This document shows positions 60,484 to 64,000 of a stretch of DNA of 64,000 bases, one piece after another; position 1 is the stretch's first letter; each line of letters starts with the position of its first letter. The translations under genes and the position numbers were made by a program. The stretch is from assembly GCF_003704095.1 (NCBI RefSeq), contig NW_020843958.1, positions 62,001-126,000 of the forward strand, in the 5' to 3' direction. Origin of the DNA: Pocillopora damicornis (lineage: Eukaryota). The notes beneath the pieces were generated by a model. The model was not told the origin of the DNA and made no database searches. It saw nothing but the letters and a program-made list of their open reading frames with translations.

Positions 60484-61328
60484 AACATTAGAGAAGGGGT
60501 GTGGACACCTCAGGTACATTACCCTTACACGGGATGTCTTTTTTTTCACGGACAATCATAGTCCATACTGACCTTTAAAGATGACCATACAAGATGTATT
60601 GGGAAATAGAATATGACAGAAAGAATGGTTGTCTGTAACCACAGAGATGCACTTATGGTTTATTTGAGGCTGGTGTCACAAAGTTTAATTTCTCAAATGT
60701 GAGGTCACAGAACAGATGATTAATGGGGTTTAAGTCAGTGTGGTTGTTCATTGACAGTGGTAAAAGAGGAAAAAAGCGGAAATTAGAAATTCAGTCATTT
60801 TGCCTTGAATTGAATCTTTCTTGGGCGATCCACATGAAGCTGTGTAGATTTGCCCAGAGTTAATGTGCTCAGAGATCAAGATCAGTAAGGCAAGCAAAAA
60901 CATTGTATCCAGACATGACAAAAAAGAGCGCTGTTGAGCTACCTAAATGATATGTATATTGACTACATAAAAAACGATTTACCTTCACAAAGAGTATTAT
61001 AGATGAAAGGAAATATTTTGATCTCATTGGTGTCTTTCTGTTATATGTTTGTTAGAGATTAAAAATTTTAATGCTTGATGACAATGGCAATTTGCTTGGG
61101 TATATAGAAAGCATATTTAGTGGTGAGCTGTACAGAAGGCAAAAAAGTGTAGTGCTTCAACCTTTGGTAACCATAGTGACTAGTAAAANNNNNNNNNNNN
61201 NNNNNNNNNNNNNNNNNNNNNNNNNNNNNNNNNNNNNNNNNNNNNNNNNNNNNNNNNNNNNNNNNNNNNNNNNNNNNNNNNNNNNNNNTACTTAACTTTA
61301 CATGTGTATCGCCCTTAATATTTTTTAG

Positions 61329-62063
61329 CCCAATCAGAAATGAAAAAGTTTCAAAGAATACCTGGAGAAAGCAAGAAAGAGTACTTTAATAGGATTGACC
61401 AAGAGGCCACTCAAGAGGTTGCAGAGGCTTTGAAAGCATCAAGGAAGATGAGAGATGCAAGAAAAAAGTAGGTCATTTTCCCTTTCTTATGCAAGTGTTC
61501 ATTATGTTTTACAAGGGTTTAAATTTCAAAGGATAGAATTGTGACTGGTTAAAAAGATGGGTGCACCATGATCATGCTGCTTGCTGGTTTATAAATGATG
61601 CTGGGCTCAAATCATATTATCTTGTTGTTAAAAGCCCCAAGCTAGTCATATTTCAATTCAGTACCAAATGACTTACATGTCTGTATGACATTTCCCATAT
61701 TTTTCTTGTCTGTAATAATCTTGGTTTTCAGCATGTAGTTACACTGTCTAGTAACTCTATGAAGCTTTTTTCAAATCGAGTTTTTGACTTCTTGAATTTT
61801 AAATAGTCCTAGGGGTAAACCTCATTGCATTATCCCTCAGTCACCCTTATGATGATTTCCACTTGAATTTCTTACCTTAAATTTTAACAGTAGTCAAAAG
61901 ACTCAATTAAACTTTTTTAGTTTCAATCTAAAAAATTTGGAACACTTTTTTGGTTTGATTCCTGTTTTCCTTTGGCATTTTAGGCATCTCAAAGACAGAA
62001 AGGAAAAGATGAAAGAAAAGAAAAGGTTGTCACAGGAAAATGCCAGCTTTGACCTAACAAAAG
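61329..62063 (+). CDS. CCDC137: Coiled-coil domain-containing protein 137, internal exons
   Basis: Exons 61329-61467 (KKFQRIPGESKKEYFNRIDQEA; human KFKQRKGESDGAYIHRMQQEA) and 61984-62063 (HLKDRKEKMKEKKR..DLTK), phase-compatible with each other. Confidence 0.68.
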
Positions 62064-63092
62064 GTATATTTTACATGCTGACAAACCCACAAGGACCTTT
62101 TTGCCCTGCTGTACTTAAAGGGGAATACTCAGTTGTTAAAGAACATAGAGATTTAAATGGGAAACCTTGTTAAATCCAGTTGCATTAATTTTAAATCAGA
62201 CTGCAAAAAGAGTCTAACAGGAAAGACTGACAACTTCTAAAAAAACCTTCACAGTTATTCTCATCATGCCTATGAAGCATACAAATATAAGGTGTCATTT
62301 AGATGGTAATATTTCACTTCACCCAAAGGCTGCAGCCCCCTGGCCTGTATGCCTATGCAACCAGTTTCATCAATCTTNNNNNNNNNNNNNNNNNNNNNNN
62401 NNNNNNNNNNNNNNNNNNNNNNNNNNNNNNNNNNNNNNNNNNNNNNNNNNNNNNNNNNNNNNNNNNNNNNNNNNNNNAACACTGGAAAGGATATAGCACT
62501 GAGACTAGCTTATATTTAGCTACTATTGAAACATGAGGGTACTTTTGAGAAAAAGCCCCCACCCTGAAAATATTTCGGAAAAGATTGCAAATGCTGAAAT
62601 TACAAGTTTTTTTCTAAAGGTGATCGAATATATTTCTCAAAGAGAGCTGAATAATGCCTGCCTCACAGTGACAGACGAGTTTAAACTTGCTGCTTTTTAC
62701 GCTTTTTCCTTTCTCCAACTTTATTTTACGGATTGAGAGAAATCAAAATTAGGAATACGTCTATTGTACAGGTTTAAAGTCTCAGGGACAACAGAACGAT
62801 CATTCATGACCATGAAAGCAGAAAAATGGGCGCTGATTTTGAGAGCTTTTATGGGTTTTGAGCAGTAATTACTAGATAATTCTTATATATATTCCCGGTT
62901 TTGAGCATGTTCTCAAATCACTGTTCGAACACTTTGTGCGCCAGTTTCATAGGATTGTCAGTGGTTACTGTAAACTTAATAGCAATACAAAAACCATGCT
63001 CATGATGGTTTCCTTGGAAAATGTGTTTGTTATTGGTTCTGTCACTCTCAAGTTTCTCTGAATGTTCTCTTTTTATGCATTAATGTATAAAT

Positions 63093-63193
63093 GGGGTAAG
63101 TTTCTAAAGAAGCTGTGGTGCAGCGCTGGTAGGGGAGTATAGGAGGGTGGCCAATTTATGTTATCAACTCAGTTGATAATACTAAATTACCCT
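63093..63193. mobile_element. Internally deleted relic of the hammerhead element (tail and arm end, no ribozyme)
   Basis: GGGGTAAGTTTCTAAAGAAGCTGTGGTGC..GGAGTATA..GGTGGCCAATTTATGTTATCAACTCAGTTGATAATACTAAATTACCCT. Confidence 0.7.
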
Positions 63194-64000
63194 ATTAATA
63201 TAACAGTTGGTTGATCTGCCCACACAAAAGGTGTGCAAGATTAGTGTCAAGTGAAGATTCTGTGAGTGAGCAATAAGTTATGTGTGACTGCTGTACTGAA
63301 AATGTGTGCTTGCTCTTTTAATTATATGTTTTGAACTATTTTAGTGGGCTGGCTTAGAAATGACACAAGATTGTTTAAATGTTTGTATATTAACCAAGGT
63401 GCTTATTATTTTTTGTATCTAGTTTATTACATCTTCAATATATATTAATCTAATATTCAAAAGGAGGCCAAGTGTTATGCACCAAGGCTTAAACTTTGTC
63501 TTGAAATCAGCATTGATGGGATGTTGAAATGAAACAAATTTAACTTATTTTGAATATGTCATCATCCACAAAATATCAAATGACCTAGATGCTTTTCTTT
63601 TGATTCATGGCAGGGTGTCAGAATCATCATAGAAAATAAAAGAACAACAGGAGAAGGTGCAGTGTTTGATAATTAAATGATATGTTTCTTCCAACTTCTT
63701 AAATTGTTAGTCTCAGTGTGCATTCCCTTGAAATGTAAGAAATAAGTGAATGATAATTAATGGAAAGGTGGAGATAAATAAACCTCAAATTTTTGTAAAC
63801 CCTTGATCTCCCTTGAGTAACCAAGACAAATTTTCTCTTAAAAATATCAGGGAGGGTAGGGAGGCTGGGGGTTACAAATGACCTGGAAATTCTCATTGAA
63901 TTTACATTTCATCTGTGGCTTTAAACCTATACACTTACTCTGACCACCTGTGTGGCAATGAACATATGAACACAACAGTAATGCGGTAAAGATGTCACAA

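Noticed and set aside
62266-62562. ORFs spanning N runs (also near 29178-29440, 53823-54136, 61071-61295)
   Set aside because: Artefacts of translating across assembly gaps.

Overview
AT-rich, intron-rich animal genomic DNA. The repeat families and gene structure suggest a scleractinian coral (inference only). The window is a draft scaffold with five 100-N gaps. I reconstructed genes by hand-splicing at GT..AG sites with phase checks. In order: PDXDC1 (-, 3' end outside the window); a two-exon WD40/SOCS-box gene (-); a 14-exon type I receptor with F5/8C-CUB-SUEL ectodomain and a Tyr-motif-rich tail (+); TMEM104 (-) head-to-head with NAT9 (+); an ADAP/centaurin-alpha ArfGAP-dual PH gene (+); a Lys/Glu-rich exon (+); and CCDC137 exons (+) that are out of order across gaps. 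Introns hold piggyBac-type, Harbinger-type and other MITEs, SINEs, a Crypton relic, and six copies of a Penelope-associated short element, five of them with intact or decayed minimal hammerhead ribozyme motifs. Most notable: (1) the ADAP gene has a duplicated first-exon pair encoding an ArfGAP zinc finger without the catalytic Arg, plus a duplicated intact last exon; (2) a palindromic twin-hammerhead retroelement with target-site duplications in NAT9; (3) an unassigned GC-rich structured element in a TMEM104 intron with a diverged homolog 20 kb away. Gene names rest on recalled similarity to human proteins; no searches were run.
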